DNA of 64,000 nucleotides, taken from positions 146 to 64,145 of the forward strand of contig DATBLZ010000028.1 of NCBI GenBank assembly GCA_036555065.1. Direction: 5' to 3'. The notes under the pieces were generated by a model. The model did no database searches and was not told the DNA's origin. It saw only the letters and a program-made list of their open reading frames with translations. Each line of letters starts with the position of its first letter. Positions within the stretch are counted from its first letter, which is position 1. Positions 17,210-26,106 of the stretch are shown piece by piece. Both the position numbers and the translations under genes were made by a program. Source of the DNA: Gammaproteobacteria bacterium (GTDB taxonomy: Bacteria > Pseudomonadota > Gammaproteobacteria > Steroidobacterales > Rariloculaceae).

Positions 17210-17957
17210 TTCCGAACGCGCTGCGCAATAGATAACCGACCACGTAGGCAATTCCCGCCGCGGCGCCGCCCGTTAGGAGCGTCGCGAGCCCGGCTTTGAA
17301 GGCCGGCTGGCCGAACACGAGGCTCTTGAGCGAGCCGATCGCGAAGAATACGAGGCCGGCGAGCACGAGGCTCGCATAGAGTTGCGTCGGCACGCTGAGC
17401 GTCGTGATCGACAACGGCAGCAACGGAATCACGCCGATGAGCACGAACGCCGCGAACGTCACGGCCCCCGATTTGAGCGGATTCGGGTGCGGCCCATGCA
17501 ACCCGTGCTCCTCGGCGAGCATCGTCTCGATCCAGAGCCGGCGATCGGCCGTGATCGTCTGGACGATGTGCTCGAGCGCGGCATCGGCGAATCCCTTCTG
17601 CGCGAATATTTGCCGGATCTCCTCGCGCTCGCCTTCGGGCACCTGGTCGATGTGGCGCTCTTCCTCGCGGCGCACAGCGTTGATGAAGTCGTTGTGCGCC
17701 TTGATCGATTCGTAATTGCTGACCGCCATGCTCAAGCCGTCGGCGAAGAGCTTCGCGATGCCGAGGATCAGCGACACATGCGTCGGGAAACCGGCGCCGA
17801 CTGCCCCGGTCACGATCGCGAACGTCGTGATGCAGCCGTCGATGCCGCCGAGTACCGCGTCCGAAACGTTGTGACGCGGGCGGCCGTGCTTGAGCCGCGC
17901 GGCGACGGCATCGGGGGCGTGTTGGCGGATCAACTCATCGAGCGTGGAATTTGCCAT
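17199..17957 (-). CDS. VIT1/CCC1 family iron/manganese transporter
   Basis: VLGGIDGCITTFAIVTG, ADGLSMAVSNY, central EEERHI...EGEREE helix, C-terminal TM bundle; start at MANSTLDEL. Confidence 0.85.
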   Translation of the reverse strand: MANSTLDELIRQHAPDAVAARLKHGRPRHNVSDAVLGGIDGCITTFAIVTGAVGAGFPTHVSLILGIAKLFADGLSMAVSNYESIKAHNDFINAVRREEERHIDQVPEGEREEIRQIFAQKGFADAALEHIVQTITADRRLWIETMLAEEHGLHGPHPNPLKSGAVTFAAFVLIGVIPLLPLSITTLSVPTQLYASLVLAGLVFFAIGSLKSLVFGQPAFKAGLATLLTGGAAAGIAYVVGYLLRSAFGITG

Positions 17958-18059
17958 TGAAGTGCACCGCAAAGCAGGGCTGCTCATTATGCATCGACTG
18001 GCGTATCGTGCTCGCGTGTTAACGCTTATCATTTCGCTGCAACGAATCCGCGAGCTCGC

Positions 18060-18710
18060 ATGTGCGGACGCTTTTTGACTCCGGATCAAGCCGCACTCGA
18101 GCGGTACTGGAAGCTCGAGACCCCGGCGGATTTCGTGCAGTCCTACAACGTTGCGCCGAGCCAGGTCGCGCCCGTCGTGCGCATGGACAAGGACGGGCAG
18201 CTGCAAATGCACATGCTCGTTTGGGGTTTTCAGCCCGGATGGGCGAAACGTCCATGGATCAATGCGCGCTCCGAAACCGTGTTCACCGTAAAGGCCTTTG
18301 CGACCGCGGCGCTGAAGCACCGCTGCCTCGTGCCCGCGATGGGCTGGTACGAGTGGCAAGGTGAGGAAGCGCCGCGCAAGCCGTTCGTGTTTCATCGCGA
18401 TGGGTTCCAACCATTCGCCTTCGCCGGCATCTGGACCGCGCGTGAGACGCCTGAGGGCTGGCAACGCTCATTCGCGATCTTGACGACGGAGGCAACGGGG
18501 GCGCTCCGCGAGATTCACGACCGCAAGCCCGTCGTCCTGAATCCTGACCACTATTCGGCATGGCTTCTGTCGACGACGACGATCGGCGACGTGCAAGCGA
18601 TTCTCCGCGCGGACTTTTCCGGTATCTCCACGTACGCCATCACGACGTACGTCAACAAACCCGAGCACAACGATGCGGGCTGTATTCAACCCGCCGAGGC
18701 GACCGGATGA
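18060..18710 (+). CDS. yedK: SOS response-associated peptidase (SRAP/YedK), abasic-site processing protein
   Basis: N-terminal MCGRF (catalytic Cys2), YNVAPSQ, PAMGWYEW, HDRKPVVL. Confidence 0.9.
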   Translation: MCGRFLTPDQAALERYWKLETPADFVQSYNVAPSQVAPVVRMDKDGQLQMHMLVWGFQPGWAKRPWINARSETVFTVKAFATAALKHRCLVPAMGWYEWQGEEAPRKPFVFHRDGFQPFAFAGIWTARETPEGWQRSFAILTTEATGALREIHDRKPVVLNPDHYSAWLLSTTTIGDVQAILRADFSGISTYAITTYVNKPEHNDAGCIQPAEATG

Positions 18711-19171
18711 AGAAAAAGACGAGAGTGAAACGCCGAGCACGAACAGCTCGCGGAGCACGAACGACTCGCAAAGCGAGCTCGGGATGGGACATCGCGTGCG
18801 AGATCGCGCGCCGCCTACCGGGCGTCGAGGTCGAGACGTCCTATGGCACGCCGGCGCTCAAGGTCAAGGGCAAATTCTTGGCACGGCTGCGCACCGAGGC
18901 CGAAGGTTGGCTTGCGATCCGGTGCGAGTTTCTCGAGCGCGACATGTTGCTCGAGGTCGCGCCGCAAGTTTTTCACTTGACCGACCACTATCGAAATTAC
19001 CCGGCTATCCTCGTCGACCTCGACGCGATCGGCCGCGAGGCGCTCGAAGACGTCATCGAGAACGGCTGGCGCATGGCGGCGTCGCCGAAAGCGATTCGGG
19101 AGTTCGATGCAGGCGAGCGAGGCGATGCGCGCAAGCGAACTTCGCAGCGCACGAAGGTCCGCCCGTCGTGA
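18707..19171 (+). CDS. MmcQ/YjbR family DNA-binding-fold protein with a basic N-terminal tail
   Basis: ATGA overlap with the SRAP gene; Lys/Arg-rich tail MKKKTRVKRRARTARGARTTRK; YGTPALKVKGKFLARL core. Confidence 0.65.
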   Translation: MKKKTRVKRRARTARGARTTRKASSGWDIACEIARRLPGVEVETSYGTPALKVKGKFLARLRTEAEGWLAIRCEFLERDMLLEVAPQVFHLTDHYRNYPAILVDLDAIGREALEDVIENGWRMAASPKAIREFDAGERGDARKRTSQRTKVRPS

Positions 19172-19229
19172 AGGACGTCTATTCCTGTATCGTGGGCTCG
19201 ACGCCGAGGTAAGCGCCGAGCGCGGCCCG

Positions 19230-20543
19230 TCAAGCGCGCCACGCGTAGCGCAGCAGCAGCACGCACAGGCCGCAAATCAGCATCGGCGGGATCAGCAGCA
19301 CGAGATGCTGCTCGGGCTCGAGGTCGAATCGACCGAGCACGAGCCCGCCTGCGAGCGGGGCCAAGACCGCGCCGACTCGGCCGCAGCCGCTCGCCCACCC
19401 GGCGCCCGTGGCGCGTAAGCTCGGCGGATAGAAGATCGCCGAGAGCGCGACGAGAGCGACCTGGGAGCCCGAGACGCCCGCGCCGACGACCAGCAACAGA
19501 ATCGTCCACGCAGGCACCGTGCCCGGTACGACGAGAAACAACGCGAAACCCACCGCGACGATCGCGTATGCATTGATCAACACCGCAACCGTTCGGCCGA
19601 GGTCGACGAGCTTCGCGATGATGAGGCCGCCGACGAGGCCGCCGGCCTGAATCACGACGGCGCCGCGCAACGCTTCCGGGCGTGTCCAGCCGGCATCGGT
19701 CAAGATCGTGGGCAGCCAGCTGATCAAGACGAACAAGACGAAGAGGTTCAGCGCGAAGAGGCACCAGAGCAGCGCCGTGCGTGCCCAGTACTGCGCAGTG
19801 AAGAGCGCGAGCACGCTCGGCTTCGCGACGCGATCCTCGGGAAGCGCATGAACGGTCGCGGTGTCGGCGTCGGGCGCGAATCGACGCAACAACGCCGGGA
19901 TCCTCGGATCGTTCGGCCGCTGCGCGACGAGCAAACGCACCGATTCCGGTATGTATGCGAAGAGCGCGACAGCGAGCGCCAATGGCAGGATTCCGCCGGC
20001 GAGGAAGATCGCGCGCCAGCTCGCGGCGTCGATCAAGAGCGGTGCGATGAAACCCGCAATCAGCGCCCCGAGCGGCACGCCGAGATACATCACGGCAATC
20101 AGAAACGCGCGGTTGTGCTGCGGGACGTACTCCGAGGTTAGCGCCGTTGCGTTCGGCAGCGTCATGCCGAGACCGATGCCCGTCAGCAGCCGCCAAAGCA
20201 CGAGCTCGGCGGGGGCCGTGGAGAGCGCCGTGCCGGCCGAGGCGAGCCCGACGAGCAGCATTCCCCAAATAAGCATGGGCCGGCGCCCGATTTTGTCACC
20301 GAACGGGGCGAGGGCAGCCGTACCGACCACCATTCCGAGCACGGAAGCCGAGAGCGCATAGGCGAAGGCTGCTGCATCGATGCCCCACTCATCGGTCAGC
20401 GAAGGGACCGCAAGCGCCATCGTCTGAATGTCGTAGCCGTCGAGCAGAACCACGAGGCCGCACAGGACGACAACGGCGGTTTTCTGCCGAGTGAGCGCGC
20501 CCGCGTCGATGAGGCGCCCGATTTCGTTCGTGTGCTGGATCAC
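19230..20543 (-). CDS. MFS transporter, aromatic acid:H+ symporter (AAHS; PcaK/MhpT-like)
   Basis: LDGYDIQTMALAVP, GDKIGRRPML, 12 TM. Confidence 0.85.
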   Translation of the reverse strand: MIQHTNEIGRLIDAGALTRQKTAVVVLCGLVVLLDGYDIQTMALAVPSLTDEWGIDAAAFAYALSASVLGMVVGTAALAPFGDKIGRRPMLIWGMLLVGLASAGTALSTAPAELVLWRLLTGIGLGMTLPNATALTSEYVPQHNRAFLIAVMYLGVPLGALIAGFIAPLLIDAASWRAIFLAGGILPLALAVALFAYIPESVRLLVAQRPNDPRIPALLRRFAPDADTATVHALPEDRVAKPSVLALFTAQYWARTALLWCLFALNLFVLFVLISWLPTILTDAGWTRPEALRGAVVIQAGGLVGGLIIAKLVDLGRTVAVLINAYAIVAVGFALFLVVPGTVPAWTILLLVVGAGVSGSQVALVALSAIFYPPSLRATGAGWASGCGRVGAVLAPLAGGLVLGRFDLEPEQHLVLLIPPMLICGLCVLLLRYAWRA

Positions 20544-20559
20544 ATCAGACGTGCAGCTG

Positions 20560-20581
20560 TCGCGGCTAAAGCCGCTCCTAC
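20560..20581. repeat. REP-like element (single, reverse orientation)
   Basis: TCGCGGCTAAAGCCGCTCCTAC; its terminal CTA is the stop codon (TAG) of the minus-strand gene 20578..21588. Confidence 0.8.
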
Positions 20582-21588
20582 GAAGAGGACGGCAAGTTCG
20601 GAATCAGCTCGCGAGCGTTGCCGTTATAGATCTTTTCGCGAGTGGTCGAGTCGAGCGAGTCGACGAGCTCGATCGCGCGGCGAATCAAATGCCTTCCTCC
20701 GGCCGGATCGAACGGCGCGTCGGACGCAAACACGCAATGGTCTCGGCCGAAGAACGCGAGCCCGCACTCGAGCGCTTTCGGCACGCCGTTGACGGCCGTG
20801 TCGCCGTAAAACCGCCTGAAATACTCGAGCGGCGCACGCTCGAGCCCCGCTTCGGTGGCCACCGGGTTGCGGCCGAGATCACCCTCGGCGGCCTGGCGGA
20901 AACCGATCGCGATCTTGCCTTCGAGGTAGGGGACTAAGCCGCCGAGGTGGTGCGTGATGATCTTGATGCGCGGCAGCTTGTCGAAGAGCCCGGCGTAGAC
21001 GAGCCGACCCATCGCGACGGCCGTCTCATACGGCCAGCCGAACGTGAACCAGAGCTCGTGCTCCGAGCGGCTCTCGGCCAAGTAATCGGCGTGCTCAGGG
21101 CCGCGAATCGGATGCAGCCAAATCGGTCGGTCGAGCTCCGCGAGCTTGGCAAATATCGGCAGGAACTCTGGGGCGCTCAACGGCTTGCCTAGTACGTTCG
21201 TGTAGACGAGGCAGCCCGCGGCGCCGAGCTCCGTGACGGCGCGTTCGGCTTCAGCGACAGCGGCTTCGGGGTTATTCATCGGCAGATTCGCGACGAAGCT
21301 CGGGAAGCGGTCGCGGTGACGCGCACAGAGCTCGGCGAGCGCGTCGTTGGCAACGCGCGCGATTTCCGGCGTTGCGCGCGGTGTGCCGTAGGCCTCGATC
21401 GGCGGGTTCGCCAACGACGGCAATTGCACGTAGTCGTCGAACTCGTCCATGAGCCGAAAGTGCGCGTCGATATCGACGAGCGTCGGGATCCGCTGCCAGC
21501 GCGGCACGGCCGCGCGCCCGACCTCGTTGCCGCCCAGGAACTTCGCAAATGCCGGCGGGACGAAATGCGTGAACAGATCGATCTTCAT
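20578..21588 (-). CDS. amidohydrolase_2 family protein (ACMSD/LigW/IDCase-like decarboxylase or hydrolase)
   Basis: N-terminus MKIDLFTHFVPP, WLHP, IITHHLGG, ASDAPFD; ATGA overlap with the upstream gene. Confidence 0.8.
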   Translation of the reverse strand: MKIDLFTHFVPPAFAKFLGGNEVGRAAVPRWQRIPTLVDIDAHFRLMDEFDDYVQLPSLANPPIEAYGTPRATPEIARVANDALAELCARHRDRFPSFVANLPMNNPEAAVAEAERAVTELGAAGCLVYTNVLGKPLSAPEFLPIFAKLAELDRPIWLHPIRGPEHADYLAESRSEHELWFTFGWPYETAVAMGRLVYAGLFDKLPRIKIITHHLGGLVPYLEGKIAIGFRQAAEGDLGRNPVATEAGLERAPLEYFRRFYGDTAVNGVPKALECGLAFFGRDHCVFASDAPFDPAGGRHLIRRAIELVDSLDSTTREKIYNGNARELIPNLPSSS

Positions 21589-22553
21589 TTTCGCTTGGGC
21601 GGCTTGATCGTGTCGCCGGTCTGCACACCGCGATAGAGCAACGACTCCTCCATGCCCGCGGCGAGGCTCCATTCCGCAAAGACGTCGGGCGTCTGAGAGA
21701 ACTCGTTCCCCACCCAGTTTTCGTCGACGACGTCGGAATCGAAGTCGTATTCGGCGCCGCCGCCACAAGGATTCAAGAAATACCAGAAGTAGCACGATGA
21801 GATCGGATGCCGGCCCGGGCCGAGCATCGTCTTCCAGCCCTTGCGCGTCATGTTGAGGCCGCCGCCAAAGAGCTCGTGGATGTTCGCCATCTCGAATGCG
21901 AGGTGATGAAAGCCGAGCCTACCGCCGCCCGCACCCGGAGGGTTGAGCAGAAAGAGGTTGTGATGGTTCTGCGATGCGCCGCCGCGGAGGAAATACCCGC
22001 GGTTCGGATAGCAGTCGCTGATGCGGAAGCCGAGCCGCCCGACGTAGAACTCGATCTCTTGCGCGGTCTCCGGGATCATGTAGACGACGTGCGTCATCTC
22101 CATGGGCTGTGCGGACTTGTAGAACTTCGCGCGTGCGTTCAAGCGCCCGACGCGGCCCGGCATGTTGAACTCGGGATCCGGCGCCGTAACGGCGCGGCAA
22201 CGCGATACACGAAAACCGATGCCGATGCCGAGCGGGTCGCGCGTGTGGATCGTGCCGTCGGCATCGCGGCGAACGTCGCGGTCTTTCGCGAGCTCCTTCG
22301 CGATCGCGTCCAAATCGGCCTGCGCACGCACGCCGAAGATCGATTCGCGCACGCCCGGCCCTTCCTCGATCGGCGGCGGCAGCGACGGATCGTTCGCGAG
22401 CTTGATCTCGACGTCCGATTGATCGAGCGAGCGAAAGAGCAATCGGCCGGGGCGCTCCGCGACGAGCGCGAGGCCGAAATCGGTCCAGAACTGCTTGGCT
22501 TCCGCCAAGTCCTCTACGCCGTACGTGACGGCATCGATCGTCGTTACGTTCAT
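21585..22553 (-). CDS. two-domain VOC superfamily protein (extradiol dioxygenase/glyoxalase fold)
   Basis: Repeated VOC modules: YGVEDLAEAKQFWTDFGL and THVVYMIPE...FYVGRLGFRISD; HHLAFE metal-ligand context; ATGA overlaps at both ends. Confidence 0.7.
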   Translation of the reverse strand: MNVTTIDAVTYGVEDLAEAKQFWTDFGLALVAERPGRLLFRSLDQSDVEIKLANDPSLPPPIEEGPGVRESIFGVRAQADLDAIAKELAKDRDVRRDADGTIHTRDPLGIGIGFRVSRCRAVTAPDPEFNMPGRVGRLNARAKFYKSAQPMEMTHVVYMIPETAQEIEFYVGRLGFRISDCYPNRGYFLRGGASQNHHNLFLLNPPGAGGGRLGFHHLAFEMANIHELFGGGLNMTRKGWKTMLGPGRHPISSCYFWYFLNPCGGGAEYDFDSDVVDENWVGNEFSQTPDVFAEWSLAAGMEESLLYRGVQTGDTIKPPKRK

Positions 22554-23962
22554 ATCACGGGCCAGCGGAGTTTCACGAGCTTGCGCATATCGAGCTTTTG
22601 ACCGAGTCGTTTCATCGTTTCGGCGACGACACGTAGCACCTCGCTCTCGTCGAGCTTCGTGAGGTGGCCGTCGCCGACGACACGCTCGCCGGCGACGAAG
22701 ACGTCGGCGACCGAGTTTCCGGTTGCCGAGTAGACCAAGTTCGAGACGGGATTGAAGAGCGGTTGCCACTCCGGATACGTCGTATCGAACAGCACGACAT
22801 CGGCGTCCTTGCCGACTTCGATGCTGCCGATCTTCGCATCGAGCCCCGCGCAGCGCGCGCCGTTGATCGTCGCCATCTCGACGACCTGCTCAGGAGCGAC
22901 AACGCGCGGATTCATGTGGATCTCCTTGTAGGTTCCGGCGAAGAGCAGCATCTCCTGAACGATATCCGTGATGCCCGAGCACGCATGGTCGGAGCCGATG
23001 CCGACGTTGACGCCGAGCTCCATGAGCTCGGGCAGGCGGCCGCGCGCGAAGTTTCCGTAGCCGTTGTGGAGGCTCGAGCTCGGCGCCGAGACGAGGTTCG
23101 GGCGCCGGCGCGCGACGATCTCGAGCTCTTGCGGCTCGAGCCAACCCATGTGCACGAGCAGCGTCCGCTCGTCGAGCACGCCCAGGCGCTCGAGCCGCTC
23201 GATCTCGGGGAGACCGAAGTTGCCGAGCGAATCGTCGCGCGTCGAGTAGTGAAAGCACGCGTGAGTTTGTAGAACGCAGCCGTGCTTGCGGGCGAGCTCC
23301 TTGCAGCCGACGATGAGCTTGTCGCTCGAGTTGCTCAAGCCGCGGAACGAGACGCTTGCGCCGAGCCGCGGGTCGTTTTCTTTAGCGACGAAATCGAGCA
23401 GCGCGCTCGAACGCTCGAGAGCCTGGTCGGTCGTTTCGATCATTGCGGGAGGCAGGATTCCAGAAACGGCCTTGGTCATGTCGAAGGCGCTGCGCCCGAG
23501 CACGGTGCGCATGCCGGCCGCGAGCGCCGCGCGGCCCGTCGCGGCCGGGTGATAGTTGCCGGGGTCGATGAAGCACGTGACGCCGCAGCGAAGCAGCGAC
23601 ATCGCGGCGAACAATGCGCTCACGTGCACGTCCTCTTCGGATATCGCAGCCTCGTAAGGGAACATATGATCGAAGAGGAACTGACGCGCTCCAACTTCGT
23701 CCGCGAGCCCGCGGGCCAGTTGAAACGAGGAGTGCAAGTGGCTGTCGATCAATCCCGGGAGCGCGACGCGATCGCGGCCGCGCACGGTCGTCTTCGCGGT
23801 CCACTCGCGCGCGATATCCACGGACTTACCGAGCGCGGCGAATTTGCCCCCGGCGATCGCGAGACCCGCATCGCGGATGACCCGCCGCTCACGGTCGACG
23901 GTGACGAGCCAATCGATGTCGAGAATCAGCGTATCCGCGCGCATACCGCGCACAGAATACAT
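22550..23962 (-). CDS. amidohydrolase, TRZ/ATZ (aminohydrolase/deaminase) family
   Basis: PGLIDSHLHSS (HxH), VLQTHACF, LLVHMGW, GIGSDH. Confidence 0.8.
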   Translation of the reverse strand: MYSVRGMRADTLILDIDWLVTVDRERRVIRDAGLAIAGGKFAALGKSVDIAREWTAKTTVRGRDRVALPGLIDSHLHSSFQLARGLADEVGARQFLFDHMFPYEAAISEEDVHVSALFAAMSLLRCGVTCFIDPGNYHPAATGRAALAAGMRTVLGRSAFDMTKAVSGILPPAMIETTDQALERSSALLDFVAKENDPRLGASVSFRGLSNSSDKLIVGCKELARKHGCVLQTHACFHYSTRDDSLGNFGLPEIERLERLGVLDERTLLVHMGWLEPQELEIVARRRPNLVSAPSSSLHNGYGNFARGRLPELMELGVNVGIGSDHACSGITDIVQEMLLFAGTYKEIHMNPRVVAPEQVVEMATINGARCAGLDAKIGSIEVGKDADVVLFDTTYPEWQPLFNPVSNLVYSATGNSVADVFVAGERVVGDGHLTKLDESEVLRVVAETMKRLGQKLDMRKLVKLRWPVI

Positions 23963-23974
23963 GGAGTGCGAGAT

Positions 23975-24349
23975 TCAGCCCAGGAAGCCGACGGCGAGAC
24001 AGGCGAACGCCCAAAACAGCATGTATTCGACGCCCTTGAACTGCCACCGCCAGCTCAAGCCGTTGACCTTCGCCTGCGCCCAGGCGGCGACGAACAGGAT
24101 TGTGGCGGCGATCGAGGCGCCGAGCTTGGGATAGAGATTGAAGATGAGGCCGACGGCGGCGATCGCCTCCATCGTCGCCGTCAAGAAGACGAAGAAGCGC
24201 GGCGGGCGGAAGCGAATTTTGTCGAAGAATTCGATGGCCTTGTCCAAGTGCCAGAGCTTGAGAAACGTGTGCGGCAACAGGAATGCGCCGCAGAGCACGC
24301 GGAGCGCCGTTACGGCGTCGAGCGCGCCGATAGTCTCGGGGAACGTCAT
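23975..24349 (-). CDS. DoxX family membrane protein
   Basis: 124-aa four-TM protein, RVLCGAFLLPHTFLK; ATGA overlap with the upstream gene. The track ORF 23975..24841 is an artefactual 5' extension. Confidence 0.65.
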   Translation of the reverse strand: MTFPETIGALDAVTALRVLCGAFLLPHTFLKLWHLDKAIEFFDKIRFRPPRFFVFLTATMEAIAAVGLIFNLYPKLGASIAATILFVAAWAQAKVNGLSWRWQFKGVEYMLFWAFACLAVGFLG

Positions 24350-25272
24350 CGGCGTCGGGCTCGTTGCGGGCTTTCCACTGCCGCGCGCCGGAAGCTGTCG
24401 TCGAGCACGGCTTTGGCCTGCGCGATGGTCGTCGCGTCGGCGAGCTTGGCCTTGCGCATGAGCTCGAGCGACTTCGCGAACGCCGACTGCGGTATGCCGA
24501 GGTCGCGGGGAAACAGCGCCGTGTCGCGCGCATAGGCAAGCGCCCGAGCCGCGTGGTCCTTGCCGGCGTCGGTCAGCTCCATCGCGAGCTCGACGAGCGT
24601 CGCGTCGTTGCGCGAATCGTAGACAATCTGCGTCGCCTCGATGAGCGCGGCGAGGAGCGCGACGACGGCCGCTCGATTGGCAGCAGCCCAGCTCGCGTCC
24701 GTGATCACGGCCGTGAACACGATCTCGGGGATATAGGCGCTGACTTCGCCGAGGTTGGCGAAGCCGGCATCGGTCGCGATGAAATTGAATGGGATGGGCT
24801 GGACTGCGGCATCGATCCTCCCCTCCTGCAGCGCTAGCCAACGGGCCGGGTGAACGCCGACGACGGCGAACTCGTAATCGCCGGGGTACTCAAGACCGTG
24901 CTTCGCGAGCATTTCCATCGTGTAAATCGCCGTGCCTTCGGTCAGCGACGACGTGCCGAGCCGCGCGCCCTTGAGATCTTCGATCCGCCGATAACGCGGA
25001 TTCGCAACCAACGAAAGAGGCAGACGGTTCAAGTTGGCGGCGATGATGCGCAATCGGCCGCCGGCCACGCAGTCCTTGATGGCTCCTTCGGGCGGTGTGA
25101 TCGCGAGCTGCAGCTCGCCGCTTTTCACACCCGCAGTCGCTTTGTCGACGGTGCCCACACGCCGACGCAGAACATTGAGCCCACGCTGCGCGAAGAGTCC
25201 GTGCCTCTCGGCCACGAGCACGGGCAGCCAGTTGAAGCCGCCGGCGCCGGCGCCCATCGCGACGTCGATCAT
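24346..25272 (-). CDS. NMT1/THI5-like (ABC nitrate/sulfonate/bicarbonate SBP fold) protein without a signal peptide
   Basis: WLPVLVAERHGLFAQRGLNV, LKGARLGTSSLTEGT and further SBP-type blocks. The start lies 3 nt after the upstream stop, so there is no room for a leader peptide. Confidence 0.65.
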   Translation of the reverse strand: MIDVAMGAGAGGFNWLPVLVAERHGLFAQRGLNVLRRRVGTVDKATAGVKSGELQLAITPPEGAIKDCVAGGRLRIIAANLNRLPLSLVANPRYRRIEDLKGARLGTSSLTEGTAIYTMEMLAKHGLEYPGDYEFAVVGVHPARWLALQEGRIDAAVQPIPFNFIATDAGFANLGEVSAYIPEIVFTAVITDASWAAANRAAVVALLAALIEATQIVYDSRNDATLVELAMELTDAGKDHAARALAYARDTALFPRDLGIPQSAFAKSLELMRKAKLADATTIAQAKAVLDDSFRRAAVESPQRARRR

Positions 25273-25275
25273 GGG

Positions 25276-25770
25276 CTATTCCAGGAGCTCTCGAGCTTTG
25301 GCAACACCCGCTTTCGCACACTCGTCGTCGGTCGTCTGATTCGACCCCGAGCTCGCGACGGCCCCAATGATCTCATCGCCCGACATGATCGGCACGCCGC
25401 CGCCGAGCGCCAAGATGCCCGGCACATCGCGTTGCGGAGCTAGAGCCGGATCGGCTGCAGTGCGCGCCTGAAACTCGAGCGTCGAGGTGCGAAAGATCAG
25501 CGCCGTGTACGCCTTGCCACGGGCCATTTCGATGGTCGCAGGGCTTGCTTGCTCGTGGCGCAGCAACACGAGCAGATTGCCGGCACGATCGACGACGGCG
25601 GCGGCGGTGCGGAACCCTTTCGACGCGCACTCGGCGAGAGTCGCTTCGGCGATAGCCTTCGCCGCTGCGAAAGAAAGGATGCGCTGCGTGACCACTCCCT
25701 GTGCAGGAGAATCGATGGCCGCGAGAAGCGCCATCGTCGCCAAGGCCGATATCAGCGTGGTTCGCAACAT
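25276..25770 (-). CDS. GlcG/HbpS-like haem-binding (DUF336) protein, with signal peptide
   Basis: AAVVDRAGNLLVLLR, GKAYTAL, GGGVPI..GEIIGAVASSGS; start at MLRTTLISALATMALLAA. Confidence 0.75.
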   Translation of the reverse strand: MLRTTLISALATMALLAAIDSPAQGVVTQRILSFAAAKAIAEATLAECASKGFRTAAAVVDRAGNLLVLLRHEQASPATIEMARGKAYTALIFRTSTLEFQARTAADPALAPQRDVPGILALGGGVPIMSGDEIIGAVASSGSNQTTDDECAKAGVAKARELLE

Positions 25771-25878
25771 GCCGTCCGGGCGGCGCGTGCCGCGCGATGC
25801 CGACACGCTAGCACAAGACGTTGTTGCGCGTGCAGAGTTCGTTCATCATGACCGCATCATCCGACGAGGGGCGCTGCC

Positions 25879-26106
25879 ATGAACACCTCGGCCGACCGCG
25901 AAACACCGGTGCTTCTGTGGCCGTTCGTCATGCTCTGGGCGTTCGTCGGATTCGTGCTGCGCACTGTCGGCCGGATCCTCTGCGCCGTGCTCGGGCTTGC
26001 GCTCATGGCCGCGGGCGTTGCGCTTACGCTGACCGTCGTCGGCGCGATCGCCGGCATCCCGCTCACGGCATTCGGCTTGTTGCTGCTCGTGCGAGCCTTG
26101 TTCTGA
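25879..26106 (+). CDS. small two-TM membrane protein (75 aa), function unknown
   Basis: GC-rich third positions, GAGGG 10 nt upstream of ATG, stop overlaps the Rieske start (TGATG). Confidence 0.5.
   Translation: MNTSADRETPVLLWPFVMLWAFVGFVLRTVGRILCAVLGLALMAAGVALTLTVVGAIAGIPLTAFGLLLLVRALF

Noticed and set aside
17958-18059. Fur/Mur-type box upstream of the VIT1/CCC1 iron/manganese transporter gene
   Set aside because: I could see no 19-bp GATAATGATAATCATTATC-like sequence. AACGCTTATCATTTCG matches too weakly to report.
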